A DNA stretch of 64,000 nucleotides. Source: an uncultured Planctomycetota bacterium (lineage in GTDB: Bacteria > Planctomycetota > Planctomycetia > Isosphaerales > Isosphaeraceae). The translations under genes and the position numbers were made by a program. The notes beneath the pieces were generated by a model. The model was not told where the DNA came from and searched no databases. It worked only from the letters and a program-made list of their open reading frames with translations. How positions within the stretch are numbered: position 1 is the first letter of the stretch; each line of letters starts with the position of its first letter. Shown here piece after piece: positions 1-12,474 of the stretch. The stretch is taken from positions 1,184,001 to 1,248,000 of the forward strand of contig CAWJTV010000011.1 in assembly GCA_963845755.1 (NCBI GenBank), in the 5' to 3' direction.

Positions 1-1506
1 GATCTTCCAGAGCGACGATGGTTTGACCAAGGGGCAGAATTTCCGCTACGTGCTGGGGACGATCGATTATCAAGCCCCCGAGCAGGCCGTCGACAGCCAT
101 GAAGTGGATATCCGGGCCGACATCTACAGCCTGGGTGCGACGCTCTACTTCCTCCTGACCGGGCAACCGGTCTTCCCCGAAGGGAGCATCGCCGAGAAGC
201 TGACCTGGCATCAACGGCGTCAGCCTCGGCCGATCAGTGAGTATCGCGCCGACGTGCCCGCCGGCCTGGCTGCGGTCTTCGATCGCATGATGGCCAAATC
301 GCCGTCCGATCGATACCAGGAGCCGGCGGAGGTCGTCGAGGCACTCGCGGAATGGACCCACGAGCCGGTCCCTCCACCAACCGAGGCGGAACTCCCGCCC
401 ATGAGCAAGGCGGCCCGCGCGTTGCTGGATACCCGGCCAAGGCGATCGACCCAGACGGTCGACTCCTCGGTCCGTCGCGTCCCATCACCGCTCCTCACGG
501 CCCTCGCGGTCACGCCGCCGGCCGTCATGGTCACGCCGCTCGCCGAGGAGCCGGCGGCGCCCGCGGCCGACTCGTCCCGCCCGCGGCCGACTCCGTCCCG
601 GCGCCCGCCGCGGTCCAGACCAGGCCATGGTTTCGGCGCCGCATCGCCTTGATCGCGGCGGCGGCGTTGGTGGCACTCGCGTTCGCGAGCACCCGGAATT
701 ACGGCGTGGTCTCGGAGTTGCCGCAACCCCCGCCGACGTCCGCCGTCAACTCCATCCCGCGGCCCCCGCAGACGTCGGGACTGAGCAATCTATTCGACTC
801 GGTCGCATCCCTCAACGCGCAGATCGCGTCCGAGTCGGCTCCGTCGCTCAAGGCGGATCTCCTGGTCCGGCGCGGAAACGACAATAGCCGCCTCGGGCGT
901 TGGCGGCAAGCCGCCAACGACTTCCGACAGGCCCTGGAGCTCGACCCGGATAACGAGTGGACCTGGTACTCCGCTATCCCTACGCTCGTAGAGATCGGCG
1001 ATGGCGACGGTTATCGCAAACGGTGCCTCGATATGCAGCGAAAGTTCGAAGACTCCCACGACATCCTCCTCGGCGAGAGGATCGCCAAACTCTGGTCGCT
1101 CACACCGAACTGCCCCGGCGATCCGGGCATTCCGACCCGGCTGGTCGATCGCGCCCTGGCCAGTGAAGCGAACAAGAAGCTCTATTACTGGGTGATGTCC
1201 ACCAAGGGGATCGCGGAGTATCGCGCAGGGCGGCTCACCGAGGCGGTCTCATGGCTGAAGAAAGCGATCGACGCGACCCCCTCAACCACCCTTCAATGCA
1301 AGGCGCTTTCCGGACTCTTCCTCTCGATGGCGTTGCGGCGCCAGAATCTCCAGGATCAAGCCCGAGAGGCACACGACCGGGCCGCCGAACTCATCGACCG
1401 TCATCAATCGCAAAATGGTGGTGACCTCGGAGCGGAGTGGTGTGATTGGTTGATGTGCCAGATTCTCCGCCGCGAGGCTGAAGAGACTCAGGGAGTACTG
1501 AAGTAG
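1..1506 (+). CDS. Ser/Thr protein kinase (C-terminal part) with TM helix and TPR domain; 5'-truncated by window; frameshift ~572
   Basis: Kinase motifs GTIDYQAPEQ and DIYSLGATLYFLLTG in ORF 23..652. TM segment and TPRs in ORF 352..1506. Restoring one C in the first GCCGACTC(C)GTCCC copy joins the frames as PAADSVPPAADSVPAP. Confidence 0.85.
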
Positions 1507-1669
1507 CTCGCCACTCCAGGCCGACTCCCCTCCGCGCAGCGCCCGGCTCTCTCGTGTGGAAGACATCGTCATTCCCCACGCGAGGCGTATAATCGGAGGC
1601 CGGTTGGCCATCCATCGGATGGGCACCGACGCTTTCCGAGAAACCTGAGCCTGTGGAGGCGCTTCTTCC

Positions 1670-2443
1670 ATGCAAAGCGTGCACATCCATCGAGTCGGAC
1701 TCGCCCTGGCCATGAGCGCGGGCGTCGTCGTCCTGGTCGCGACGGGCGGATGGACCCAGACCCCGGCCCAGCCGGAGACGTCCGCGCCCAAGACCAAGGT
1801 TGACCCGAAGATCAACGATGCGTTCAAGAAGCCGAACGTCCGAGACTACGTCAAGAAGTTCGAGTCGGAGACGCGCGAGAACTTCGCGCAGCGGCACGAC
1901 ATTGTCGCCGCGCTCGAGTTAGCTCCGGGCATGGCCGTGGCCGACATCGGCGCAGGCACCGGGTTCTTCACCCAACTGTTCGCCGAGAAGGTCGGACCTA
2001 CCGGCAAGGTCTATGCTGTCGATATCGCCCCCCGGTTCCTCGAGCGCATCGCCACCGAGGCGAAGAAGCACGGGCGAAGCCAGGTGGTCACGATTCTGGG
2101 CAGCCAGGACTCGACCAACCTGCCCCGCGCCTCGGTCGACCTGGTGTTCCTCAGCGACGTGTATCATCACCTGGAGAAGCCCGAAACGACGCTGGCGTCG
2201 ATCCACCAGGCGCTGCGGCCCGGCGGCCGGCTCGTCGTGATCGAGTTCGACCGGGTCGAGGGGAAGAGCTCGGCGTTCGTGCTCAAGCACGTGCGCGCCA
2301 GCCAGGCCGTCTTCCGCAAGGAGATCGAGTCGGCCGGGTTCACCGCGATCCAGACCCACAAGGCCCCGCCGTTGAAGGAGAACTTCTTCCTGCGCTTCGA
2401 GAAATCCGCCGCGCCGCGCACGACGCCGGTCAAGTCGCGTTAG
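1670..2443 (+). CDS. Exported class I SAM-dependent methyltransferase
   Basis: VADIGAGTGFF motif I, VYAVDI, LRPGGRLVVIEF; N-terminal signal-like segment. Confidence 0.9.
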   Translation: MQSVHIHRVGLALAMSAGVVVLVATGGWTQTPAQPETSAPKTKVDPKINDAFKKPNVRDYVKKFESETRENFAQRHDIVAALELAPGMAVADIGAGTGFFTQLFAEKVGPTGKVYAVDIAPRFLERIATEAKKHGRSQVVTILGSQDSTNLPRASVDLVFLSDVYHHLEKPETTLASIHQALRPGGRLVVIEFDRVEGKSSAFVLKHVRASQAVFRKEIESAGFTAIQTHKAPPLKENFFLRFEKSAAPRTTPVKSR

Positions 2444-2465
2444 AGCGCCCTGTTGGAGTTCGAAT

Positions 2466-5400
2466 TCACCGTGGCTGGGCGAATGGGTCGATCGGGAAGG
2501 CCACGTCGAGGAAGAGGGCCTGGAAGTCGGGGCGCGACCGGATCGGGTCGAGATCGGGGTCGCTCCTCATCCAGGCTGCATCGCGCCAGCCGGCGGCGAC
2601 GGCCCGGTGCAGGGTGGTTATCGCCTCGCTGGCCGTGGCCTGGCCGTCGGCGGCCGAGGGGCCGGAACCGGCTTCGGCGGCGACGCCGGACAGTAAGGAC
2701 TGATAGCACGCGATGTTGTAATAATCCCCCGGAGTCGGTTTCGTCAGCCCCTGATAGAGGGTGATCGCTTGGCGGAAGTCTGACGCCGCGTCGGCGGGCC
2801 GTCCACATTTCTGCATCGCGATCCCCCGGCGCCGGAATGTGGCGGCCATCTCGGACCGAAACGAGGGTGTTGACGGGTCGGCCTCAACCATTTTGCGGTG
2901 GATCGCGAGTGCCGCGTCGAAGGACGAAGAGGCCTCCGCGAGATGGCCCATCGCGGCGTAGGCGTCGCCGAGGTCAATGTCGGCCGCGACGAGATCCTGC
3001 CGGTATCCGTGGTTCTCTGGGTGGTAGGTGACCAAGCTCGCCGCGATTTCCTGCGTCCTCTTCGAGCGCCTCCAGCACCTGCGCCATTCGCCCGGCTCGC
3101 CGGTGGATGTCGGCGGTCTGGCGAAGGACCCGGATCAATTGCTCGCGGTTTCGCGTGACGGCAGGATTCTCCTTGATCAGGATCTCGCGGGCTTCCCGAG
3201 CTCGTCCGAGCGCCTCGAGGGCCTCCTCATGCCGCCCGAGCGCGACGAGGGCTTGGGCGCCTGTGGTAGCGACCCAGGCCGAAGCCGCGGGTAAGCGCAC
3301 GAGGGTTGGATTTGCGCTCGCCGTCGCCTTGAGAACCTCCTGCGCCCGGACGAAGGCAGCCAGCGCCTCGGTCACTTGACCGGTGTCGGAGAGGCGGATT
3401 CCCATGTTGCCGAGGTTCCTGGCCAGCTCATGGCCGATGTTCGGGTCCTCGGGATGCGCCCGGAACAGCGCCTCCCCCAGGTCGTGTGCCCGCTTGTATG
3501 CCGACAGCGCCTCCTCCCCGCGACCGGCTTCTTCCAGGGCCAGGGCCAGCGCGCCGTACAGGTCCACAAGTTCGGCCTGGTGATCCTCGGAACGAGGTTC
3601 GGCGCCCACCGTGCGCCTCCAGGATCGACCGCGCCCGCTCGACCGCTTCCAGCACGTCGGCTGCTGGACGATGACTGGAAGAGAGGGACATCCCATACAA
3701 CATCTCAGCACGGGCCCACTCGCTCCGGAGCCGGCGGTCGGCGGGATCGGCCTCGGACAGCGCCCGAAAGAGATCCCGCGATCGTCCGATCACCGCGAGT
3801 GCGTCATCGTGCCGCCCGACACCCGTCTGGATAATGGCGAGGGATCGCAGGCAAAGGGCGAGCATACGTTGCGACTCTGCGTCGGCCGGGTTCTCGCGAG
3901 ACAGAGCCTCGAACAGGGTCAGGCGCGCGCCGGAGGACCACCTGGGCCTCCTCGATCGAGTCGAGATTCCGCGTGAGCTCGCCGACCTCGAAATAAGCCC
4001 GGCCCAGGGCCTGGCGCGAGTCGCGATCCTCGTGCCCTTGCAAGAGCTCCTCGAGCTTGCGGTAGAACTCGCGCGCCTCGCGCAATAGCTTGGTCCGCAG
4101 CGCCTTGAACTCCTCCTGCTTCAGCAGGATGTCCTCGCTGACCCCCGTGTGGAACGTCCGGATCGCCTCCTGGGCGAGCGCGAAGCGGGCCCGCTCCCGC
4201 TCGTTGGAAGCCGCGAGATCGGCATTGGCCCGGGTCACTTTCGTGTTGGCGATCGCGAGGTCCATGTTGGCGCGCTTCAACTCGCGGTTGGCCCGGGTCT
4301 GGACGGCCAGGACGGCCGCCGTGCCGGCCAGGGCCACCAGGACCGAAATGGCCGCCGCCGTCACCCCGCTCCGGTGCCTTCGCGCCCATCGCCGCGCCCG
4401 CCGCGACAGCGGCTCTCGCCAGGACGAGACCGGCTCCTCGGCCATCCACCGCTCGACGTCCTCGGACAGTGCCTTGGGCGATGCGTAGCGGTCCACCGGC
4501 TTGCGGGACATCGCCTTCAGGCAGATCGACTCGAGCGCCGGATCGATCGTCGGATGGAGCTGCCGCGGCGGTCGGAACTCGCCCCGCTGAACCGCCCGGA
4601 TCACCTCGCCGAGATCCCCCTCGAATGGCGGCTTGCCCGTCAGGAGATAGTACAGCGTCGCCCCGAGGCTGTAGACGTCCGATCGTGCGCCGAGGTTCTC
4701 CAGGTCGCCTTCGGCCTGCTCCGGGCTCATGTAGGCCGGCGTTCCCAGGGCGCTGCCCTGTAAGGTCTCGGCGGTCCCGCTCGCGGAGGACGGGACCAAG
4801 GTCCGCTCGCCCGAGTCCGAACCCGGCTCGGCCCGTCCCAGGGCCTTCGCCAGCCCCCAGTCGACCACCAGCGTCTCGCCGTGCTTGCCCACGATGATGT
4901 TGCCCGGCTTGAGATCACGGTGGAGCACCCCACGGCTGTGCGCGTACTCGACGGCGTTGCAGACGTCGGTGAACCGCCGCAGGAGCTGGCGCAACTCCAG
5001 CATCCGCGACCCCGAACTCTGTTTGCCAGCGCCGGCGTGATAACGGTCGATGGCCTCCTTGAGGCTGTCGCCGCGAATGAACCGCATGGCGTAGTACGGG
5101 CGACCGTCGCCGTAGGTCCCCAGGCCGTAGACCGGGACGATGCCCGGGTGCTCCAGGCCGCCGGTGATCTCGGCTTCCAGGAGGAAGCTGCGCGCGACTG
5201 GTCGGATCGTCGGCATGCTTCTCCTGGATCTGCTTCAATGCCACCTCGCGATGCAACTCCTCGTCCAGGGCCACGAAGACGGCGCCCAGGCCACCTTTGG
5301 CGTAGGGGCGAAGCACGCGGAATCGCTGGCCTTCGGACGTCGCGGCGCCGATGGCATAGCTGGCGGTGCGGTCGGCCTCGCCGTCGGCCGGGCTCGCCGT

Positions 5401-5733
5401 CGGTCCCGAGCCGAGATGGGCCAGGGTGCACTCGATGTCGTGGTCGCCGATCTGGGCCAGGCTCTCGCGGGTCGAGCGGCCGGCTTGGATGGCGGCCAGG
5501 CTCTTCTCAGTCGAGCCGCCGTTCTTCTTGATATGCCGCTCGACAAGGGCCTCGACGGCGGCTCGGTCCTCGGCGTCGAGGTCGCCGCGGGCGGCGAGGT
5601 GGTCCGCCATGGCGCGCGACTTATCGCGAGTCCAGGCGCGGAAGGCGGTGATGAGTCCGTCCTGATCGATCAAACCGTTCTGGAGCGCGAGGAGTCCGAA
5701 AAGGAGGTCGCGGTCGACGGCAATCGGGTCCAT
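2466..5733 (-). CDS. Ser/Thr protein kinase with C-terminal TPR repeats; ~4 frameshifts (~5190, ~3920, ~3615, ~3060)
   Basis: GGLGAVF, VALKQI, HRDLKPGN, VVDWGLAK, GTPAYMSPEQ; C-terminal YNIACYQSL...DPDLDPIRSRPDFQ; five consecutive ORF pieces. Confidence 0.9.
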
Positions 5734-6050
5734 GAGTGGGAAACTCTCGTCGTTTTCCGAGATCGACCCGCACCTTCAAGCGATGGCCCCGATCGGCGAT
5801 CGCCCGCGGTCGATCCGTCGTTCAGGGGATTCAGACAGAATATCGCGGGACCAGATGATCCTTCCATAGGACATCGCGCGAGGTTCGCACCGGTCCGGCC
5901 CGTGCGCAACCCAAACGTGAATCGCTCTTATTCGTGTGGTCGGCTCACTCGTGGTGACGACTCGCCATCCATGTTTGGTCCTGGCTTGCCGGTCTCCCCG
6001 GCCGGGTATTAAGATAGTAGGCGAAACGCGATGACAATCATGAAGGTCTC

Positions 6051-6139
6051 AGAGTCCCTGAGAACAAGGGGACATCCGTGAGAAAAAGGGGACCGGCACC
6101 TCGAACGCTCGGAGCCCGTCCCCTTTTTCTCAGGCACCC
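6051..6139. repeat. Palindromic intergenic element (MITE/REP-like)
   Basis: 15-bp perfect inverted repeat TGAGAAAAAGGGGAC 6079-6093 / GTCCCCTTTTTCTCA 6118-6132; outer imperfect arms AGAGTCCCTGAGAA / TTCTCAGGCACCCT. Confidence 0.6.
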
Positions 6140-6247
6140 TTACCCCTGAGATTCGATTATCCGCCTCAGGAGGCGTCAGTGTGTCCACAATGTCGTGGGG
6201 GACGGCACATCCGGGGAGTTATCGCGGTCTTATCCCAAGGAGCTGGC

Positions 6248-8261
6248 ATGTTCAGTCCGAACGTCCGATACCGATTTGTCGCGGCCGTGCTGGCCGTCGC
6301 GTGGGTGGCGGTCTTGGCCGTTTCGTCGCAACGTGAGGCGCTGGCGGGCCCCACGGATAAACGGTCCGACTTACCGCTCGATCGGGGAGTCAATCAGCGG
6401 GTCGCGGATTTCACCCTCAAGGACGCGGTCACCGATCGGCCGACCTCGCTGTACAGTTTCGTGGGCAAGAAGGCGGTCGTGCTCGTCTTCCTCGGGACCG
6501 ACTGCCCGGTGGGCAACCTCTACATTCCCCGGCTGATCGAGCTCAATCGCGCCTATCGCGGCAAGGGCGTCATCTTCCTCGGCATCAACTCCAATGCGCA
6601 CGAGACGAAGGAGGACATGGCCAAGGTGGTGCGCGAGACCGGCATCGACTTCCCCGTCCTGAAAGACCTCCAGAACAAGGTCAGCGACTCGCTCATGGTC
6701 GAGCGGACCTGCGAGGCCCTCGTGCTCGACGGATTTACGTTCGTCCGCTACCGCGGGGCGATCGACGATCAATATGGTGAGGCAGGTAAGGCCAAGAGCA
6801 GCCCGGAGAAGTCCTATCTACGCGACTGCGCTGGAAGCGGTGCTGGCCGGTAAGCCGGTGAAGGAGAGGGCCACTCCGGTGGTCGGCTGCCTGCTGGACC
6901 GGGTCGAGCCCAAGCCGATCGCCTCGTCGACGGCGTCGCGGATCCGGGCGCCGGGCGCGGCGTTCAACGCCGCAGTGGAGGCGCGGAATCGCGAGCAGCC
7001 GGTCAAGGTCGGGGCGGTCACGTACGCCAAGGACGTCTCGCGCATCATCCAGAACAGGTGTGAGGGTTGTCACCGGCCCCACGAGGTCGGGCCGTTCTCG
7101 CTCCTCACCTACGACGACGTGCGCAAGCATTCGGCGATGATCCGCGAGGTGGTCGACGAACGGCGCATGCCGCCCTGGCACGCCGACCCGCGCTACGGGC
7201 ATTTCCGCAACGATCGCAGCCTCTCGGCCCAGGAGCGGGCGACCCTGCTGGCCTGGGTCGATCAGGGGACTCCGCTGGGCGATCTCAAGGACATGCCGCC
7301 GGCCCTGGCGCATGCCGAAGGCTGGTCGATCGGCCAGCCGGACGTCGTCTTCGAGATGCCCGAGACGTATTACGTCCCGGCCCAGGGGACGGTAGCCTAC
7401 GTCCACTTCCTCATCCCGACCAATTTCAAGGAGGATCGCTGGGTCCAGGCGGCCGAGGCCGTTCCCGGCGACCCGTCGGTCGTCCATCACATCGTCGCCT
7501 TCCTCCGCGATCCCGCGAAGGCGAAAGGCCCCCGGCGCGGGCCCGGAGAACACTTCTGCGGCTATGCCCCCGGCGACCTGCCGACCGTCCTCCCCGAGGG
7601 CACGGCCAAGAAGATCCCCGCCGGCGCGGAGTTCATCCTCCAGGTCCACTATACGCCCAATGGCCGCGTGCGGACCGACCGCTCCAAGATCGGCTTGGTC
7701 TTCGCCAAGACCCCGCCGACCCGGCAGGCCTACACCATCGGGATCGCCAACCCCGACCTGATGATCCCGCCCGACCGGGAGATCGCCGTCTCCTCCGCGA
7801 TCGTCCTGCCCCGGGAGATGCGGCTGGTGAGCTTCATGCCCCACATGCATCTCCGCGGCAAGGACTTCCTGTACACGGTCACCAAGCCCGGCGAGTCGCC
7901 GCAGACGGTCCTCTCGGTGCCCGCCTATGACTTCGGCTGGCAGACCTATTACATTCTCGACGAGCCGATGGTCCTGCCCAAGGACACGCGCATCGACTGC
8001 CTGGCCCACTTCGACAACACGACGGGCAACCCGTACAACCCCGACCCGAAGAAGCTCGTCAAGTGGGGCGAGCAGACCTGGGAGGAAATGATGATCGGAT
8101 ACGTCGACCTCGACGTACCGGTGGGCTCGCCGCCGATCGAGGGCTCGGACCTGCGCCCGGCGGCGGTCCGGGCCACCCAGACCGCGATCCAGGCGGTTCG
8201 TCGCCTGGGCGGCAGCCGAGGCACCGGCCCGAACGCCCCGAAGCCACCCGCTAACCGCTGA
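6248..8261 (+). CDS. Redoxin (AhpC/TSA-like) + CxxCH + copper type II monooxygenase-like protein; frameshift ~6825
   Basis: FLGTDCPVG...YRGAIDDQY redoxin domain; CEGCH; MPPW; VVHH; MPHMHLRGK; EEMMIG. Confidence 0.8.
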
Positions 8262-8286
8262 CGCTGAACGATTAGGGAGCCCGGCC

Positions 8287-9488
8287 ATGAATCGCACGGC
8301 GCGGATCGTGTCGTTATCGGTTGCGATGGTGCTGGTCGCGATGGCCGGGCCCGGCAAGGGACGCGGGTCTTCCGACCCTGAACCGGCTGGTCAGGCGGAC
8401 GATGCTCAGGGCCGCGACATCCCCGCGGCCCTGGCGCCGTTCGAATACCTGGTGGGCCGCTGGAAGGGGCAGGGGGTGCCCCTGGACAACCCGGCCCAGC
8501 GGTTCCGCGGCTGGACCGAGCAGCACGCCTGGGCCTGGACCTTCACCAAGGGGAAGCCGACCGGCCTGTCGCTCGCGATCGAGGGGGGAAAGGTCCTCGC
8601 TGCCGGCAAGCTGACCTACGATGCGGATCGGAAGCACTACCGCCTCGAAGGGAGCGGGCCGAACCCTGGCGCCGCCCGATCGCCTTCGAAGGGGCGCTCT
8701 ACCGCTCGGGCAAGACGCTGGTCCTCGACGAACTCGGGCACGCCGCCGGCGCGGGGCCAAACCATGGCTCGTTGCGCCTGTCGCTACGACCCAACGCCAA
8801 CTTCATCCGATACACGATGTCGCTGGATCGAAAAGAGCCCGGCGCCGCCCAGTTCAGCCACGCGATCGAGGTGGGACTGACCAAGGAGGGGGAATCGTTC
8901 GCCGCGGGATCCACCAGCGGTGCCGATCGCCCCAAGTGCATCGTGACCGGCGGGGCGGCCACCATGACCTTGACCTATCAGGGCCGCACATTCCCCATCT
9001 GCTGCACCGGCTGCCGCGACGAGTTCAACGAAAGCCCCGAGAAATACCTCAAGAAGGCCGCCCTGATGGCCGCGTCTCCGGGCGCGAAGTCCAAGACCGG
9101 TCAGCCGGCGTCCTCGCGAGTCAGCCGGTTCGAGGACGCCTTCGCCGGCGATGTCGTCGATGAGCCCGCGATGAAGACGAAACGCCCCACAACCGGCGGA
9201 GCCGCCAAGACCAAGTCCGCCAAGGCCGACCCGGATTCCGATTCGGATCCTGACGAAGCGAAGCCCCCGGGCCCGGGCAAGTCCGCATCGGCGAAAGGCA
9301 CGGAGAAATCGGCCACATCCAAACCATTCGCCCGCGCGGCCAGCTTGCTCCGGATCGGTCAGAACCTCGAAAAGTCCGGCAAGCCCGACGCCGCGCTCTC
9401 CACCTACAAGCGGATCGTCAAGGACTTCGCGGACACTCCGGCCGCCAAGACCGCCAAGCAGCGGATCAAGGCACTGGAGAAGTCGTGA
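8287..9488 (+). CDS. Exported YHS-like domain protein with C-terminal TPR-like helix; frameshift ~8670-8700
   Basis: CIVTGG...FPICCTGCRDEF...PEKY; signal peptide; two ORF pieces. Confidence 0.7.
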
Positions 9489-9556
9489 CAACCTCCGCGT
9501 CTTCGCGTGAATGAATGAGCCTCACCCGTGACGCGATCATGTGCCAGCGATCTTTG

Positions 9557-10819
9557 ATGCCGTTTCACCTCAAGTCTCAGCCGCTCTGGGCGATCCTCGT
9601 CCTGGCGTTGTTGCTGAGGGCGGCGGTGATCGTTCGCGGCCCCGAGCGGTTCGACGACCCGGACAATTACCTGCCGATGGCGCGGGCGCTGGCGGCGGGG
9701 GAGGGATTCGCGCTGCGGGGACGCCCGACGGCCTATCGTCCGCCGCTGTATCCCTTGATGCTGGCGCCCTTGACCGCCGCGAGCGATGCGTGGGTTCCCT
9801 GGGGGATCGCCCTGTTGCATCTCGGGCTGGGGGCCGGGGCGGTCGGGTTGACGGCGGTCGCGGCCGAACGGTTCGGCCTGTCGCGGGCGCGGGCGATGGT
9901 CGCCGCGCTCGTCGTCGCATGCGACCCGGTGCTGATCGTCCAGTGCCGTTCGGTGATGACGGAGACGCCGGCCGCGTTCCTGGTCGCCGCGACCCTGGCG
10001 GGGCTGGCGTACGGGGGACTGCGGGGCTCCGTGCTGGGCGGTCTCGGTTTCGGCCTGGCTGCGCTTTGCCGGCCTAGCCTGCTCGCCGGTGCCGCGCTGA
10101 CGGTCCTGGCCGGCCTGGCCGCGACGCCGGGTGATCTGAGGCAGCGCCTGTCGCGGAGCAGTGCACTTGCCCTGATCGTCGGCCTGGTCCTCCTGCCCTG
10201 GATGATCCGGAACCTCGCGGTCTTTGGCGAGCCGATCTGGACGACGACTCATGGCGGCTACACCCTGGCGCTGGCAAACAATCCCGTGTACTACCGGGAT
10301 GTCCTCAATGGCGAGCCCGGCCGGGTCTGGACCGGGCACGACCAATGGCTCTGGTGGGATTCGGTCAACCGCGAGATTCACGGTATGAGCGAGCTCCAGG
10401 CCGATCGCTACTTGAAGGCGCAGGTCTGGCAGTTAGTGCAAGAACGTCCGGGCGATTTCGGCCAGGCCACGCTGGCCCGCCTCGGCCACTTCTGGAGCGT
10501 GGCGCCGGCCGCTTCGGTCTATTCGTCGACGATCCGATGGGCCACGATCGCCTGGACCTTGCCGCTGTGGATCGCGCTGGGATTGGGCCTGTTGCGGAGG
10601 TCCCTCTGGCATTGGCCACGGCTCGCGGCGCCGATGATCGTGATCGGCCTGACGCTCGTCCACGCCTTCTTCTGGACCGACCTGCGAATGCGGGCCCCGA
10701 TCGTCCCGGCCATCGCCCTGATCGCCGCGGGGGCGGCTCTTCCCCGGGTCGCAGTCGCCCGCATGCGCACTGAACCCGAACTCGCGAGCGGCCGCCCGAG
10801 CGCATCAGACCACGGTTGA
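9557..10819 (+). CDS. GT-C fold membrane glycosyltransferase (ArnT/PMT-like)
   Basis: DPDNY, TAYRPPLYP, MTETPA, LCRPS, LLPWMIRN; many TM helices. Start could be 9515. Confidence 0.75.
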   Translation: MPFHLKSQPLWAILVLALLLRAAVIVRGPERFDDPDNYLPMARALAAGEGFALRGRPTAYRPPLYPLMLAPLTAASDAWVPWGIALLHLGLGAGAVGLTAVAAERFGLSRARAMVAALVVACDPVLIVQCRSVMTETPAAFLVAATLAGLAYGGLRGSVLGGLGFGLAALCRPSLLAGAALTVLAGLAATPGDLRQRLSRSSALALIVGLVLLPWMIRNLAVFGEPIWTTTHGGYTLALANNPVYYRDVLNGEPGRVWTGHDQWLWWDSVNREIHGMSELQADRYLKAQVWQLVQERPGDFGQATLARLGHFWSVAPAASVYSSTIRWATIAWTLPLWIALGLGLLRRSLWHWPRLAAPMIVIGLTLVHAFFWTDLRMRAPIVPAIALIAAGAALPRVAVARMRTEPELASGRPSASDHG

Positions 10820-12013
10820 AGGCTGGCCGATCGGAGGCTGGGCCGGCAGCGGAGCCGGCGGATTGTGATCGCCCCCGCGCGAGAAGACGATCCACCGCGA
10901 CATCGAGAAGCTGATCCCCGTCGCGACGACGATGCCGACCACGGCCGCGGCCAGCTTGTGCCGGGCGAAGAACCCGATCTGCATCGGCAGGGACAGGCGG
11001 AGTGTAAAGCTCACGACGATCGCCAGTGCGTTACTCAGGGCATAGGTCAAGAACTGGCGGGACCAGGACCCGCGCCGGGCGTCGTTGAAGGTCAGGCGCC
11101 GATTCAGGCTGAAGTTCCACAGCAGGGCGATCGCGATCGAGAGAGCCGCGGAGATCGCCAGGTGCCAGGAAAACCCGAAGAGCTTCGAGGTCTGGGACAC
11201 CAGCCAGGTCCGGGACAGTAGCCACTGGAACAGGGCATAGAACGACAGGTCGACCACCATGCCCGAGGCGCCCACGGCGCAGAACTGGATGAGCCGGGAG
11301 TAATTCCCATAGCGCCCGTCGAGCACGTGCTTCAGGGGACGCAAGTCGCGGACCACCAGGCGTTGCGATCGGAACCGAGCATCCACGAGAACGGGCACGT
11401 CAACCGGGTTGGCGGGCCGTCGCAGGAGCAGTTCCAGGACCAGGCTGGAGCCGCTGGCCGATAGGGTTCGGCCTCCCTGCTCCCAGAACGAGCGCCGGAC
11501 CGCGAACAGTCCCGAAAAGACATCGGAGGAACCCAGCACCAGCCGGCTGAGCCACCCCAACCCCAACCGTGGTCGCCACCGGCGCGACACGCCCGACCGA
11601 TTCGACGTGGGCACGGCAACCGCCAGGTCCGATCCGCTTGTCCGGATCGGGCCGAGCACCCGGAGCAGGGATTCCGGCGCGTAATGGCGCTCGACATCGA
11701 GGACGATCAGATGTTCACCCGTCGCCGAGGCCAGGCCCGCCCGCGCGGAGGCACTCCAGTCGTCCCCGTCGGTCTCGACGTGCGTGGAACTGGCCCCCGT
11801 CGGCCCGCCGATCGGGAGTCCATCCGTCCCCGCGTCCTCGTCGCCCGCGCCCACGGTGATGACCTCGATCGACTCGAAGGACAGGTTCTGTTCCAGGATG
11901 CGCCGATACTCGGCGACGGCCTGCTCGCTGAGGGCCCGTCCCCGATTTAACGGCAGGATGAGACTGAGTCTCCCTGCGGAGGCTGGGGATACGGGACACT
12001 CGCTGATCCGCAT
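10805..12013 (-). CDS. Degenerate GT2 (DPM-synthase-like) domain fused to GtrA-like domain
   Basis: ARAGLASATGEHLIVLD, SDVFSGLFAVRR; GtrA part QFCAVGASGMVVD...WNFSLNRRLTF. Confidence 0.75.
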   Translation of the reverse strand: MRISECPVSPASAGRLSLILPLNRGRALSEQAVAEYRRILEQNLSFESIEVITVGAGDEDAGTDGLPIGGPTGASSTHVETDGDDWSASARAGLASATGEHLIVLDVERHYAPESLLRVLGPIRTSGSDLAVAVPTSNRSGVSRRWRPRLGLGWLSRLVLGSSDVFSGLFAVRRSFWEQGGRTLSASGSSLVLELLLRRPANPVDVPVLVDARFRSQRLVVRDLRPLKHVLDGRYGNYSRLIQFCAVGASGMVVDLSFYALFQWLLSRTWLVSQTSKLFGFSWHLAISAALSIAIALLWNFSLNRRLTFNDARRGSWSRQFLTYALSNALAIVVSFTLRLSLPMQIGFFARHKLAAAVVGIVVATGISFSMSRWIVFSRGGDHNPPAPLPAQPPIGQPSTVV

Positions 12014-12474
12014 CGGGGACGAATCTCCTTCGACACGCGGACGGGTTGATTGAGGGTCGTGGCTGAGGGCAGGTCGGAAATCCGATCCTGGAAAGGGATT
12101 CCGGCGACCTTCCAGTCTCGGTGATCTCGAGCCGGCGACCGGGATCGGCGGTCGAAACCGACGGGGATGCCAACCGACCCCGTTTCCCAAGGATTGGACC
12201 ACGCGCACCGGCTCCGGCATGGGGCCAGGAGGGCATTGGGCCGGCGTGACCAATCGCTTCATGAGTATGTTAGTTCAAACCGTCCCGCGTCGCAAGCCAG
12301 GCTGGGTGCGTCCGTCGAAACCAAGCCAGGCGGGACCATCGTCCGGCCCGGGCCGCCCGGAACGCCCGATTGTCAAGGAATGGGACCGGATTGTATCGTG
12401 AGCTAGACTATTTGGTGAAAGCGTCGCGTGAGACCGGGAATCCGATCCAGCCCGAGACGTCAGGAGTGCCAACG

